From NCBI GenBank assembly GCA_040876885.1, contig JBBDOU010000005.1, positions 38,620-93,203 on the forward strand: 54,584 bases of DNA. The letters run 5' to 3'. Positions within the stretch are counted from its first letter, which is position 1. Each line of letters opens with the position of its first letter. The notes below the pieces were generated by a model. That model saw only the letters and a list, made by a program, of their open reading frames with translations, was not told where the DNA came from and ran no database searches. Of this stretch, positions 1-8,581 are shown piece by piece. Source of the DNA: Minisyncoccota bacterium (GTDB lineage Bacteria > Patescibacteriota > Minisyncoccia > Phycocordibacterales > JABMNX01). The position numbers were made by a program, and so were the translations under genes.

Positions 1-118
1 CTAACGCGACTGCACTTGGATTTTCTAAAGCAAAAAAGCTAAGAAAATCTCGGCGGCAGCTCGCTAACGCGACTGCACTTGGATTTTCTAAAGCAAAAAA
101 GCTAAGAAAATCTCGGCG
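1..118 (+). repeat. Tandem direct repeat, 63-bp period, at least 2 copies
   Basis: CTAACGCGACTGCACTTGGATTTTCTAAAGCAAAAAAGCTAAGAAAATCTCGGCG occurs at 1-55 and identically at 64-118. The array may continue upstream of the window. Confidence 0.95.
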
Positions 119-125
119 CCCGTAG
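3..125 (+). CDS. C-terminal end of an intron-encoded ORF (partial; start is upstream of the window), possibly a homing endonuclease
   Basis: Frame +3 is open from the window edge to TAG 123-125 (NATALGFSKAKKLRKSRRQLANATALGFSKAKKLRKSRRP*). It ends at the start of the intron catalytic core. The 41 visible residues carry no diagnostic motif. Confidence 0.3.
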   Translation, partial: NATALGFSKAKKLRKSRRQLANATALGFSKAKKLRKSRRP

Positions 126-212
126 AGACTAAACGTCAGTTATCGTATTACTTTCATGAGTGTATACGTTAAAGCTATAGTCCAATGCACGAAGTAATTC
201 GTGAAAAACATG

Positions 213-497
<285 letters not shown>

Positions 498-551
498 AGG
501 AAATCTGGAAGTCGCTTACAAACGAAGTATCGTTGTTTTACATGTCTTTTG

Positions 552-790
552 AACATTCAGTGATGGGTGTTGTTAGAAATGATTACAGGGCCGTAGCTCA
601 GTTGGGAGAGCGTTTATGAGCGCACGTAGAACTTATTCTGGTTGTGTTATGCTTCCATGGGGTACTGTTTCTTGTGCGGTCTGAGAGGTCGGAGGTTCGA
701 TTCCTTCCGGCTCTGCCAATCATTTTTATACACGATAGTTCTTTTTTTTGCACGATTGACTTTGATCAATCGTGCCCATCACTGAATGTT
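552..790 (+). other. Long-range helices enclosing the tRNA-like gene (probable pre-rRNA/tRNA processing stem)
   Basis: AACATTCAGTGATGGG (552-567) is the exact reverse complement of CCCATCACTGAATGTT (775-790). An inner pair is AAATGATT (577-584) with AATCATTT (719-726). There is an extra hairpin GCACGATTGA-CTTTGA-TCAATCGTGC at 750-775. Confidence 0.6.
587..718 (+). tRNA. tRNA-like gene with a ~56-nt expansion where the anticodon arm should be; identity undetermined
   Basis: Acceptor AGGGCCG (587-593) pairs with CGGCTCT (708-714), followed by G715 and an encoded CCA (716-718). D arm is GCTC-AGTTGGGA-GAGC (596-611). Variable AGGTC and T arm GGAGG-TTCGATT-CCTTC are at 686-707. Between G612 and AGGTC lie 73 nt instead of 17. 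They fold as an irregular rod (TTTA 613-616 with TGAG 682-685; CGCAC 621-625 with GTGCG 674-678) with no recognisable 7-nt anticodon loop. Confidence 0.5.
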
Positions 791-822
791 TAATGTATGA
801 CGTTAAGCATTGAATCTTTTAA

Positions 823-928
823 TCTGGTGATTAATCGCTGAGGTCACACCTGTTCTCATTCCGAACACAGCAGTTAAGCTCAGTTGAGGCGATGATACTC
901 TATTTGGGGAAAGTAGCTAGTCGCCAGT
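823..928 (+). rRNA. rrf: 5S rRNA
   Basis: Helix I is CTGGTGA (824-830) with TCGCCAG (921-927). Conserved CCGAACACAG..GTTAAGC core is present. Flanked by complementary TTGAATCTTTT (810-820) and AAAGGATTCAA (931-941). About 105 nt, slightly short. Confidence 0.85.
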
Positions 929-942
929 TTAAAGGATTCAAC

Positions 943-978
943 AAAAAAACACGCCACATGATGTGGCGTGTTTTTTTG
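943..978 (+). terminator. Rho-independent terminator closing the 23S-tRNA-like-5S unit
   Basis: AAAAAAACACGCCAC-ATGAT-GTGGCGTGTTTTTTT: a GC-rich stem flanked by an A-run and a T-run. Confidence 0.85.
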
Positions 979-1451
979 TTGCAGTATATCGACAATCCCG
1001 TGTATTTGATGTATTCTCCAGAGGGGATATTTTTTGGTGTCACGTGAGCTTTTTGCTCAGGGCCGTTGGTGTTGGTTCCGCAGATATAGACAGGAAGCTT
1101 CTCATCGTAGCTAGAATGTTTGTACGTGCGGATATGTGAATTAGTGGTGCTTTTTGCATGAGGGCGCTACTGTAATAACTAACACTCACAGAGACCTGAG
1201 GCACTAGGTTGTTTAGAGAACAATCTATAGCTCCACTAAAGACGAGGTATATGTACTACTCCCGCAAGCTCGCACGGCTTGTTGCGGACTTTTACATGAC
1301 ACTTCTTTACGTGTAATTCGTGACTACCAGAAGGGGTGGGGCAGACTATTTGTTTGTTCCGCCCCTTTTTTATTACAAAATATACATACCCATTTCTATA
1401 TTTTTTTTGTTACAATAAAGTCATATGTCATGGGCAAGTAGGAGGAGAACA

Positions 1452-2186
1452 ATGTATGGAACAGGACTCGTTACTTTTTTGGTTGTTGTTATTGGAGTGC
1501 CCGCGTTTCTCCTTTGGTATGAGAAGCCAACTTGTTTTGATGGAGTAAAAAACCAAGGAGAAGATAGTGTGGACCGGGGAGGACCCTGTATGCTTCTCGA
1601 CGCATCCGGAGTACAGAATTTCGTCGTGCTTTGGGCTCGGGCATTTGAGGTTGTTCCTGGTGTCTATAATGCCGTTGCACAGGTGGATAACCCTAACTTT
1701 TCAGCGGGAGTGGTTGATGTCCCGTATTCTTTTAAGCTCTTTGATGGGAATAATATATTGATTGCAGAAAGGAAAGGAAGAACATTTATTTCTCCAAATA
1801 AGGTAAATGCTATTTTTGAAGGAGGAATTGAGACAGGAGAGCGGGTTCCTACACGTACTTTTTTTGAATTTCTAGAACCACCGCAATGGGAAAGAGTTAC
1901 ACACCCTGTTGAGGGAATACAGGTTAAAAGCCGAGTGTTGAGCGACGCAGAAACACAGCCTCGCTTAACTGCGGTTATTGAGAATACCTCTTTTAAAGAT
2001 GCCTATGAGGTCGAAGTCGTTGCGATAATTTTTAATGCACGTGATGTTGCTGTCGCTTCGTCTAAAACAGTTATAGAGATACTTCCGCAACAATCATCAA
2101 AAGGAGTCACGTTTACATGGCCGAAACCCTTCTTGAGCGCTTCTGCTCGCATAGAGGTTCTTCCGCAAGTAGTCTTTGGAGAGTAG
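1452..2186 (+). CDS. Hypothetical membrane-anchored protein (N-terminal TM, then CFDGVKNQGE..DRGGPC motif)
   Basis: Trimmed from ORF 1425..2186 to the ATG at 1452, 6 nt after AGGAGG (1440-1445). Hydrophobic N-terminus GLVTFLVVVIGVPAFLLW. No family recognised. Confidence 0.6.
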   Translation: MYGTGLVTFLVVVIGVPAFLLWYEKPTCFDGVKNQGEDSVDRGGPCMLLDASGVQNFVVLWARAFEVVPGVYNAVAQVDNPNFSAGVVDVPYSFKLFDGNNILIAERKGRTFISPNKVNAIFEGGIETGERVPTRTFFEFLEPPQWERVTHPVEGIQVKSRVLSDAETQPRLTAVIENTSFKDAYEVEVVAIIFNARDVAVASSKTVIEILPQQSSKGVTFTWPKPFLSASARIEVLPQVVFGE

Positions 2187-2191
2187 GAGGT

Positions 2192-3352
2192 ATGTTTAGC
2201 GGAGTACTACAAAAAAATACACGAGCGCAAAGGGCTCAGTCGTTATTTTCACATATAGACTGGGTACTCTTGACTGCAGCGCTCTTTATTACTGGTGCGG
2301 GAGTTCTTACCATGAATTCCTTTGCCGGAGAGAATTATTTTTTTGAAAACCAGATACTCTGGACCGCAGTCTCAGTATTTATTTTCTTTGTGGTGAGTTT
2401 TATAGATTTCAGATTTTTACGAAGAACAGGTGTTATTGTCGCACTCTTCTTATTTTCAATATGCCTCTTGCTCCTCCTGTTCGTCTTTGGTGACATTGTT
2501 AAAGGCGCACAAAGTAGATTTGATTTTGGTGCGTTTGCCCTACAACCGTCTGATCCGATTAAACTTGTGGTGATTTTTCTTTTAGCGAAGTACTTTTCAC
2601 GGAGACACATTGAGATAGCAAATATCCGTCATATTTTTGTATCAGGGGCATATGTATTTGTTATCTTTTTTTTAATTCTTTTACAACCTGACTTTGGTTC
2701 TGCAATTATTATCGCATTTTTATGGCTAGGAATGGTGCTTGTTTCGGGAATTTCAAAGCGCCACTTATTAGTCGTGGGTCTTCTTGGGGTTATTGGATTA
2801 TCACTTATGTGGACGTTTGTGTTTGCGGACTACCAAAAACAACGCATCGTAACTTTTATCCACCCACTTGCTGACATCAGAGGAACGGGGTACAACGCGT
2901 ATCAATCAACTATTGCTGTTGGCTCTGGGGAGGTGCTTGGAAAAGGAGTGGGGTATGGGACACAATCAAAATTAGAGTTCTTGCCTGAATATGAGACGGA
3001 CTTTATCTTTGCAGCGTTTGCGGAGGAGTGGGGATTGGTTGGTGTGTCAATTCTCTTTATCTTATTTTTGATAGTTATTTGGAGAGTCCTTGATAGTGCA
3101 ATGCTCGGAGCTACTAATTTTGAAATATTATTTGGACTTGGGTTAGCTATTTTGTTTATCAGTCATACGTTTGTTAATATTGGCATGAATATCGGTCTTC
3201 TTCCTGTCACGGGTACGACACTTCCGTTCATGAGCTACGGCGGGTCACATCTCGTCACGGAGTTTATCGGACTTGGTGTCCTTATGGGTATGCGTCGGTA
3301 TTCTCGAACAACACACAAAGATGATTCTGGTCGTGAGTTCCTAGGGATATAA
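2192..3352 (+). CDS. SEDS-family peptidoglycan glycosyltransferase (RodA/FtsW)
   Basis: Trimmed from ORF 2117..3352. Polytopic membrane protein with GYNAYQSTIAVGSGEVLGKGVGYG, PEYETDFIFAAFAEEWG and LPVTGTTLPFMSYGGSHL motifs typical of RodA/FtsW/SpoVE. Confidence 0.85.
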   Translation: MFSGVLQKNTRAQRAQSLFSHIDWVLLTAALFITGAGVLTMNSFAGENYFFENQILWTAVSVFIFFVVSFIDFRFLRRTGVIVALFLFSICLLLLLFVFGDIVKGAQSRFDFGAFALQPSDPIKLVVIFLLAKYFSRRHIEIANIRHIFVSGAYVFVIFFLILLQPDFGSAIIIAFLWLGMVLVSGISKRHLLVVGLLGVIGLSLMWTFVFADYQKQRIVTFIHPLADIRGTGYNAYQSTIAVGSGEVLGKGVGYGTQSKLEFLPEYETDFIFAAFAEEWGLVGVSILFILFLIVIWRVLDSAMLGATNFEILFGLGLAILFISHTFVNIGMNIGLLPVTGTTLPFMSYGGSHLVTEFIGLGVLMGMRRYSRTTHKDDSGREFLGI

Positions 3353-3356
3353 CAGC

Positions 3357-4511
3357 TTACGTGTTATAGACTCCTATCGTCTTTTTCAACATGTCTCCAA
3401 GTGAGAATTCTTTGAGGACTTTTTTTTGTAGGGCTTTGCCGAGCATACTTTGTTTCGTCTCGTTATGGACTAGTGTCATCAGTGCTTCTGTAATGGCAGG
3501 GACATCTCGTGTAGGTACAAGGAGCCCTGATGCTCCTGAAGTAATCACCTCGGGTATTCCTCCCACGTCACTCGCAACAACAGCCGATTGAGACAGTCCA
3601 GCTTCAAGAATTGTGTAAGAAAGTGCCTCTGAGATAGAGGTGAGTGTGAAGATATCAAACGCGCGTAGGTATTGAGATGCGGTGTCTATAAAACCAAACA
3701 AAAAGACACGCTCAGTTAAATCTTTTTCTTCTATGTATGTCCGTAGCGTATGTCGTTCTTCCCCTTCTCCTATGATAATAAACACAACGTTTCGCCCTTT
3801 TTTTATAAGCGACTCCACTGCGTCTATTGCGTATGTCTGACCTTTTGTCTTATGGAGCTCAGCGACGGTACCTATCCAGATAGCGTCAGAGGAAATAGCG
3901 TCAGCCATCTTTTTGTTATGTCGCAGGAGGAGTTCACGAGCTTCTTCTTTTGAGAAGACACCAGCTTGGTCAACTCCATTGTGAATAACGGTGATTTTAT
4001 GTTGTGTAAAAGGAAGAAAACCTACTTGTTCTTTAATTTGTTTTGATACCGCTATGGTTGTATGGGAAAGGAGCAGGGTTGCCCAATAGAGAAGTGTAAT
4101 AATTTTGCGTGAAATCCATGAGCGCTCTTCATTAAAAGCCCAGCCGTGGGCAGTAAATATAATACGGGGGACTCTTGCGATACGTCCGGAGAGCGCTCCG
4201 ATACCGCCTATTTTTGAGCTATTGAGATGCACAATGTCAGGACGTTCTTTTCGGTAGAGTGCAGAGAGTCTTAGGAAAACTTTTATTTCATTGAATAGGT
4301 TTACATCACGTTCAAGTCCTTCAATAGCTTGTGTACGGACACCGGCATCTTCCAGTTTTTCTTTAAGCAATCCTTCGCCACCAAAAGCGGCAACAACCTC
4401 AAACGTATCTTTGGGTAGGGAACGAGCTATGTCGTACACATACCGTTGTGCCCCGCCGAAGTTTGACTTGGTGATGACGAACAGTATCTTTTTTTTATGT
4501 ATTGTCTTCAT
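3357..4511 (-). CDS. Glycosyltransferase, GT4 family (GT-B fold)
   Basis: N-terminus KKILFVITKSNFGGAQRYVYDIA. C-terminal TLTSISEALSYTILEAGLSQSAVVASDVGGIPEVI (EX7E-like). Confidence 0.8.
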   Translation of the reverse strand: MKTIHKKKILFVITKSNFGGAQRYVYDIARSLPKDTFEVVAAFGGEGLLKEKLEDAGVRTQAIEGLERDVNLFNEIKVFLRLSALYRKERPDIVHLNSSKIGGIGALSGRIARVPRIIFTAHGWAFNEERSWISRKIITLLYWATLLLSHTTIAVSKQIKEQVGFLPFTQHKITVIHNGVDQAGVFSKEEARELLLRHNKKMADAISSDAIWIGTVAELHKTKGQTYAIDAVESLIKKGRNVVFIIIGEGEERHTLRTYIEEKDLTERVFLFGFIDTASQYLRAFDIFTLTSISEALSYTILEAGLSQSAVVASDVGGIPEVITSGASGLLVPTRDVPAITEALMTLVHNETKQSMLGKALQKKVLKEFSLGDMLKKTIGVYNT

Positions 4512-4752
4512 TAAGGCGATATGGTTATTTATGGGGTGGAGTGAGGAAGAGGGTCGGGGAAACGTGGTTTCCTTGTGGAGGAAAACAGTGGACGATAGCG
4601 AGTGTTAGAAACCGTTGGTTTCTAACGTGCGATAGCAATGCACCACCGAAATTAGATTTAGTTATGACAAAATAGTATTTTATTCTTTTTCATTACACGA
4701 CACAGGTAACTTGTAAGGCACTGTTTTTGTTGTATTATGCACTTATAATACA

Positions 4753-6120
4753 ATGACTATAGCAAGCAAACAAGAATCCCTCGTTCTTCTTATTGGAGAC
4801 ATTTCCCTTTTTTTAGTAGCCCTCTGGGTGACTTTGTTTGTGCGATACGTAGAGGTTCCTAGTACCACACTCCTCTATAACCACCTTATTCCATTTTCGT
4901 TTCTTTTTATTGTGTGGATTGGGGTGTTCTTTATCTCAGGGTTATATGATAAGCACACAATATTACTACGGAGTCGTCTTTCTTCAACGATTTTAAATGC
5001 CCAGGCGGTGAATATTGTGCTTGCAGCGCTTTTCTTTTTCTTTGCTCCTTGGTTTTCTATTGCCCCTAAAACAAATCTTGTCCTGTATTTAATTATCTCA
5101 TCTCTCCTTGTCCTCGTGTGGCGTACGTCAATTTTTCCGCGAACGGGCTTTAGAAAGAAACAGAAAGCAGTCCTTATTGGATATCGTGGTGAGGTAGGGG
5201 AGTTGGTACGCGAGGTAAATGTAAATCCCCGGTATAATCTTGAGTTTACGCTTGTCGTTGAGGTTGATGAGGGCATTGCTGTGGAAGCAGTTAAGGAAGA
5301 AGTAGTGGCGGTTATAAATTCAGGAGGCGCGTGGGTTATCGTTGCAGACGTTAAGAGCCGGAAGATACAAGGCTTACTCACTGCGCTGTATAATCTTACG
5401 TTGTCCGAAGTACCAATTGCTTTTCTTGATATACACAAAGTATACGAAGACATCTTCGACAGGATTCCCATATCAGCGCTAAAAGAAAACTGGATACTCG
5501 AGAATATTTCAACAAGCCCAAAGATTATATACGACACGATAAAACGCCTTGCAGACGTGGTAGGAGGAATAGTGCTTGGGGTTGTTTCGCTTATTTTCTA
5601 CCCGTTCGTGTACGTAGCTATTAAAATTGAAGACGGCGGAAGTGTGTTTATTAGTCAAAGACGTGTTGGAAAAAATAACAAGTTGTTTTATTCGTATAAG
5701 TTTAGGAGCATGAATAGAAACGAGGATGGTGTATGGGTGGGGGAGACCGATAATAAGATAACTCGAGTTGGTAGCTTTATGCGCAAAACACGTATTGATG
5801 AGTTGCCACAGTTGTGGAATATCGTCCGAGGAGACCTTTCTTTTGTGGGTCCACGACCTGACATGTCAGGGCTTAACAAAAGGCTTTCTGAAGAAATTGA
5901 ACATTACGACGTACGCAGTGTGATAAAACCGGGACTGACGGGGTGGGCACAAATTAAACAAGATTATGGAAATAAGAACCAAATAAGCCCGCAAGGAGTT
6001 ATAGATACACAAGAGCGACTTACGTATGATGTATACTATGTAAAAAATAGATCATTGTTACTTGATATACGAATTACATTTCGTACGATAAAGACAGTGC
6101 TCTCAAAGTTTGGAAGTTAA
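4753..6120 (+). CDS. Polyprenyl-phosphate sugar-phosphate transferase (WbaP/EpsB-like bacterial sugar transferase), priming enzyme
   Basis: N-terminal TM bundle plus a C-terminal catalytic domain with RVGKNNKLFYSYKFRSM, DELPQLWNIVRGDLSFVGPRP and KPGLTGWAQ. Confidence 0.85.
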   Translation: MTIASKQESLVLLIGDISLFLVALWVTLFVRYVEVPSTTLLYNHLIPFSFLFIVWIGVFFISGLYDKHTILLRSRLSSTILNAQAVNIVLAALFFFFAPWFSIAPKTNLVLYLIISSLLVLVWRTSIFPRTGFRKKQKAVLIGYRGEVGELVREVNVNPRYNLEFTLVVEVDEGIAVEAVKEEVVAVINSGGAWVIVADVKSRKIQGLLTALYNLTLSEVPIAFLDIHKVYEDIFDRIPISALKENWILENISTSPKIIYDTIKRLADVVGGIVLGVVSLIFYPFVYVAIKIEDGGSVFISQRRVGKNNKLFYSYKFRSMNRNEDGVWVGETDNKITRVGSFMRKTRIDELPQLWNIVRGDLSFVGPRPDMSGLNKRLSEEIEHYDVRSVIKPGLTGWAQIKQDYGNKNQISPQGVIDTQERLTYDVYYVKNRSLLLDIRITFRTIKTVLSKFGS

Positions 6121-6125
6121 TATAT

Positions 6126-7190
6126 ATGAACAAAAAAACACTTTTTATAACAGGAGGCGCGGGGTATGTTGGCGCGATGCTCTGCGAGCAGTTTTTACAG
6201 CGCGATGATGTCGAGAAAATTATTGCACTTGATAAAGAACCGCAACCAGAAATTCTCAAAGGAGATGCACGTCTTATTTGGATTGATGCGCATACGTGCG
6301 ACGACACATGGCAGGATGAGGTGGCACGACACAACCCTACCGTTGTGGTGCACACTGCATGGCAGATTCGTGAAATGTATGGAAAAAAGGAACTCCAGTG
6401 GAAGTGGAACGTGGAAGGGTCTGACATGGTTTTTGATTTTGCATTTTCAACTCCTTCAGTTGAGCGGTTAATTTATTTTTCAACAGTCTCTTCTTATGGT
6501 GCATCGAAGCATAATACCTTTGCGCATTTGTTTAAAGAAGAAGAACCTTTTGTTGAGGACCAGTACCGTTATGGCGTTGAGAAAAAAGAAGTAGAGGAAC
6601 ATCTGCGTGAGAAATTTGAACACAATAAAGAACGTGCACCTCAAATCTTTATCGTGCGTCCCGCAGCGATTACTGGCCCACGGGGTAGGTTTATGCGTAT
6701 TCGATTTGGACTCCAAGCGGCACTTTCAGGACAACTTACAAAGTCACCAATACATCGACTTATTTCACTTTTGGTTTCATTTGTTCCCGCAACGAAAGGA
6801 TGGGCACGGCAGTTTATTCATGAAGACGATGTTGCAGATATCGTGACACTTTTTGCATTCAATGACCTTGAAGGGAAGTACGAAGTCTTTAATATATGCC
6901 CCCCAGGGGACGCTGTGTATTCAAAGGACATGGCACGTGCTGTAGGGAAGAGAGTACTTCCCGTGTATCCGTGGATGGTGCGTCTCGCTTTCTTTTTCTT
7001 TTGGCATGCGACCCGTGGGCGCGTACCAACTTCATTTGGTGGGTGGAAATTTTATTCATACCCAATTCTTGTAGACGGAAGTCGATTGACCAAGCAATAT
7101 GGCTTTACCTACCGATGTGGTTCGCAAGATGCGTTTACCTCAACCAAAGGACGCTACGAGCAATACGTTCCAGAGGAATCACGGCAATGA
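6126..7190 (+). CDS. NAD-dependent epimerase/dehydratase (SDR family)
   Basis: N-terminal Rossmann motif TLFITGGAGYVGAML. Extended SDR length with a YxxxK-like YRYGVEKK. Confidence 0.75.
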   Translation: MNKKTLFITGGAGYVGAMLCEQFLQRDDVEKIIALDKEPQPEILKGDARLIWIDAHTCDDTWQDEVARHNPTVVVHTAWQIREMYGKKELQWKWNVEGSDMVFDFAFSTPSVERLIYFSTVSSYGASKHNTFAHLFKEEEPFVEDQYRYGVEKKEVEEHLREKFEHNKERAPQIFIVRPAAITGPRGRFMRIRFGLQAALSGQLTKSPIHRLISLLVSFVPATKGWARQFIHEDDVADIVTLFAFNDLEGKYEVFNICPPGDAVYSKDMARAVGKRVLPVYPWMVRLAFFFFWHATRGRVPTSFGGWKFYSYPILVDGSRLTKQYGFTYRCGSQDAFTSTKGRYEQYVPEESRQ

Positions 7191-7239
7191 TTTTTTGATG
7201 AGTTGCCCAAACTCTCCAAAACCTCTATAATTCCGCAAT

Positions 7240-8568
7240 ATGTTAAAGGTACGCATAATAGCGTTCATAATTCTTATTGCTGGCTTAGGAGTAGGCTATT
7301 TTGTTTTTGACACTGAACAGAAGAATGACGCTCATTTTGCGTTTAAATTTGGACTTGATTTAGCGGGTGGAACTCATTTGGTCTATCGGGCAGACACCAC
7401 CAGCGTGAGTGCGGGGGACGTGAACAGTTCTATGGCGGCGCTTCGTGATGTTATCGAACGACGCGTAAACCTCTTTGGGGTCTCTGAACCAATCGTACAA
7501 ACAGAAAAGAGTGGTATTTTTTCTGGTGTAGAAGAGGACAGACTTATTGTAGAACTTCCCGGTGTCACAAACACTGAAGAAGCCATTGCGCTTATCGGAA
7601 AGACACCAACGCTTGAATTTAAATTATTTAAAACCGAAGCGGGGGAGGTTGATGAGAACGGAAACCTTAACCTCAATGCTTCTTACGTAGACACGGGGCT
7701 CACTGGGGCACTCCTCAAGAAGGCGACACTACAGTTTGGTGGTTCAAATTCAGGGCTTTCAAATGAGGCTGTTGTGGTTGTTGATTTTAATAAAGAAGGT
7801 TCAGCGCTTTTTGCACAGATTACCCGAGAGCATGTGGGAGAACCTATGGGGATTTTTCTCGACGGGTCACTTATCTCAGCACCAACAATAAACGAAGAGA
7901 TACCAGATGGTTCCGCAGTGATTTCTGGAAACTTTACTCCAGAGGAAGCGCGCAACCTTGTTAAAGACTTAAACTTTGGAGCGCTTCCATTACCTATTGA
8001 ACTCTTAAGTACGCAAACAATCGGTTCTTCATTAGGTTCTACTGCGCTTGCGCACGGCGTGGTTGCTGGACTTATCGGACTCGCATTGGTTGCACTTTTT
8101 TTAATCTTTTGGTATCGAGTTCCGGGAATCGTTGCGGTGCTTTCGTTAAGTATCTATGTTGCTATAATACTTGCGCTCTTTAAGCTTATTCCCGTGACAC
8201 TCACCGCAGCAGGAATCGCTGGGTTCATTCTTTCTATTGGTTTGGCGGTTGATGCAAACGTGCTTATTTTTGAACGTATGAAGGAAGAACTCAAGGAAGG
8301 GAAGAATACTAAAGATGCTGTTGAAGAAGGATTTAGGCGAGCATGGCTCTCAATCCGTGATGGGAACGTATCAAGTCTTATTACTGCGGTGATTCTCTTT
8401 TGGTTTGGAACGTCGTTAGTGCAAGGGTTTGCGCTTACATTTGGTATTGGTGTATTAGTAAGTATGCTTACCGCGGTGGTAATAACACGAACATTCATGC
8501 GTGCTTTAGGGGAGTATTCAAATCGTCGACTTACTCGATTATTCTTTGGTAGTGGAGGGTATTTTTAA
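7240..8568 (+). CDS. secD: Protein translocase subunit SecD
   Basis: N-terminal TM, periplasmic-type domain (LGLDLAGGTHLVY, IVELPG), C-terminal 5-TM bundle with LAVDANVLIFERMKEE. Followed by secF. Confidence 0.9.
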   Translation: MLKVRIIAFIILIAGLGVGYFVFDTEQKNDAHFAFKFGLDLAGGTHLVYRADTTSVSAGDVNSSMAALRDVIERRVNLFGVSEPIVQTEKSGIFSGVEEDRLIVELPGVTNTEEAIALIGKTPTLEFKLFKTEAGEVDENGNLNLNASYVDTGLTGALLKKATLQFGGSNSGLSNEAVVVVDFNKEGSALFAQITREHVGEPMGIFLDGSLISAPTINEEIPDGSAVISGNFTPEEARNLVKDLNFGALPLPIELLSTQTIGSSLGSTALAHGVVAGLIGLALVALFLIFWYRVPGIVAVLSLSIYVAIILALFKLIPVTLTAAGIAGFILSIGLAVDANVLIFERMKEELKEGKNTKDAVEEGFRRAWLSIRDGNVSSLITAVILFWFGTSLVQGFALTFGIGVLVSMLTAVVITRTFMRALGEYSNRRLTRLFFGSGGYF

Positions 8569-8581
8569 ACTTTTTATATCT

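Larger units (their letters stand above)
1..212 (+). ncRNA. Group I intron (3' portion; the 5' part lies upstream of the window) interrupting the 23S rRNA gene
   Basis: R-like core element GTAGAGACTAAACG (122-135) and S-like element AAAGCTATAGTCC (171-183). GACTA (127-131) and TAGTC (178-182) can form P7. An AACGT/ACGTT helix (132-136/166-170) lies between them (P8-like). A GTAA-capped hairpin CACGAA-GTAA-TTCGTG sits at 188-203 (P9-like). Terminal G212 is followed directly by conserved 23S exon sequence CGTGAGACAGG. Confidence 0.7.

Noticed and set aside
2117-2191. Upstream ATG (2117) as the start of the SEDS gene, and similar long N-terminal extensions in the track (1425, 8546, 13259, 15794, 18402, 21000, 25759, 29739, 32346, 34355, 37180, 43815)
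   Set aside because: These extensions overlap the preceding gene or non-coding structures. Downstream in-frame ATGs coincide with stop/start junctions (often ATGA), signal peptides or the beginning of conserved domains.
4875-5537. 220-aa minus-strand ORF, and similar long antisense ORFs (21011..21418, 50748..51140, 8154..8498, 15934..16278)
   Set aside because: Each is fully nested antisense within a + strand gene that has clear family motifs. None shows motifs of its own.
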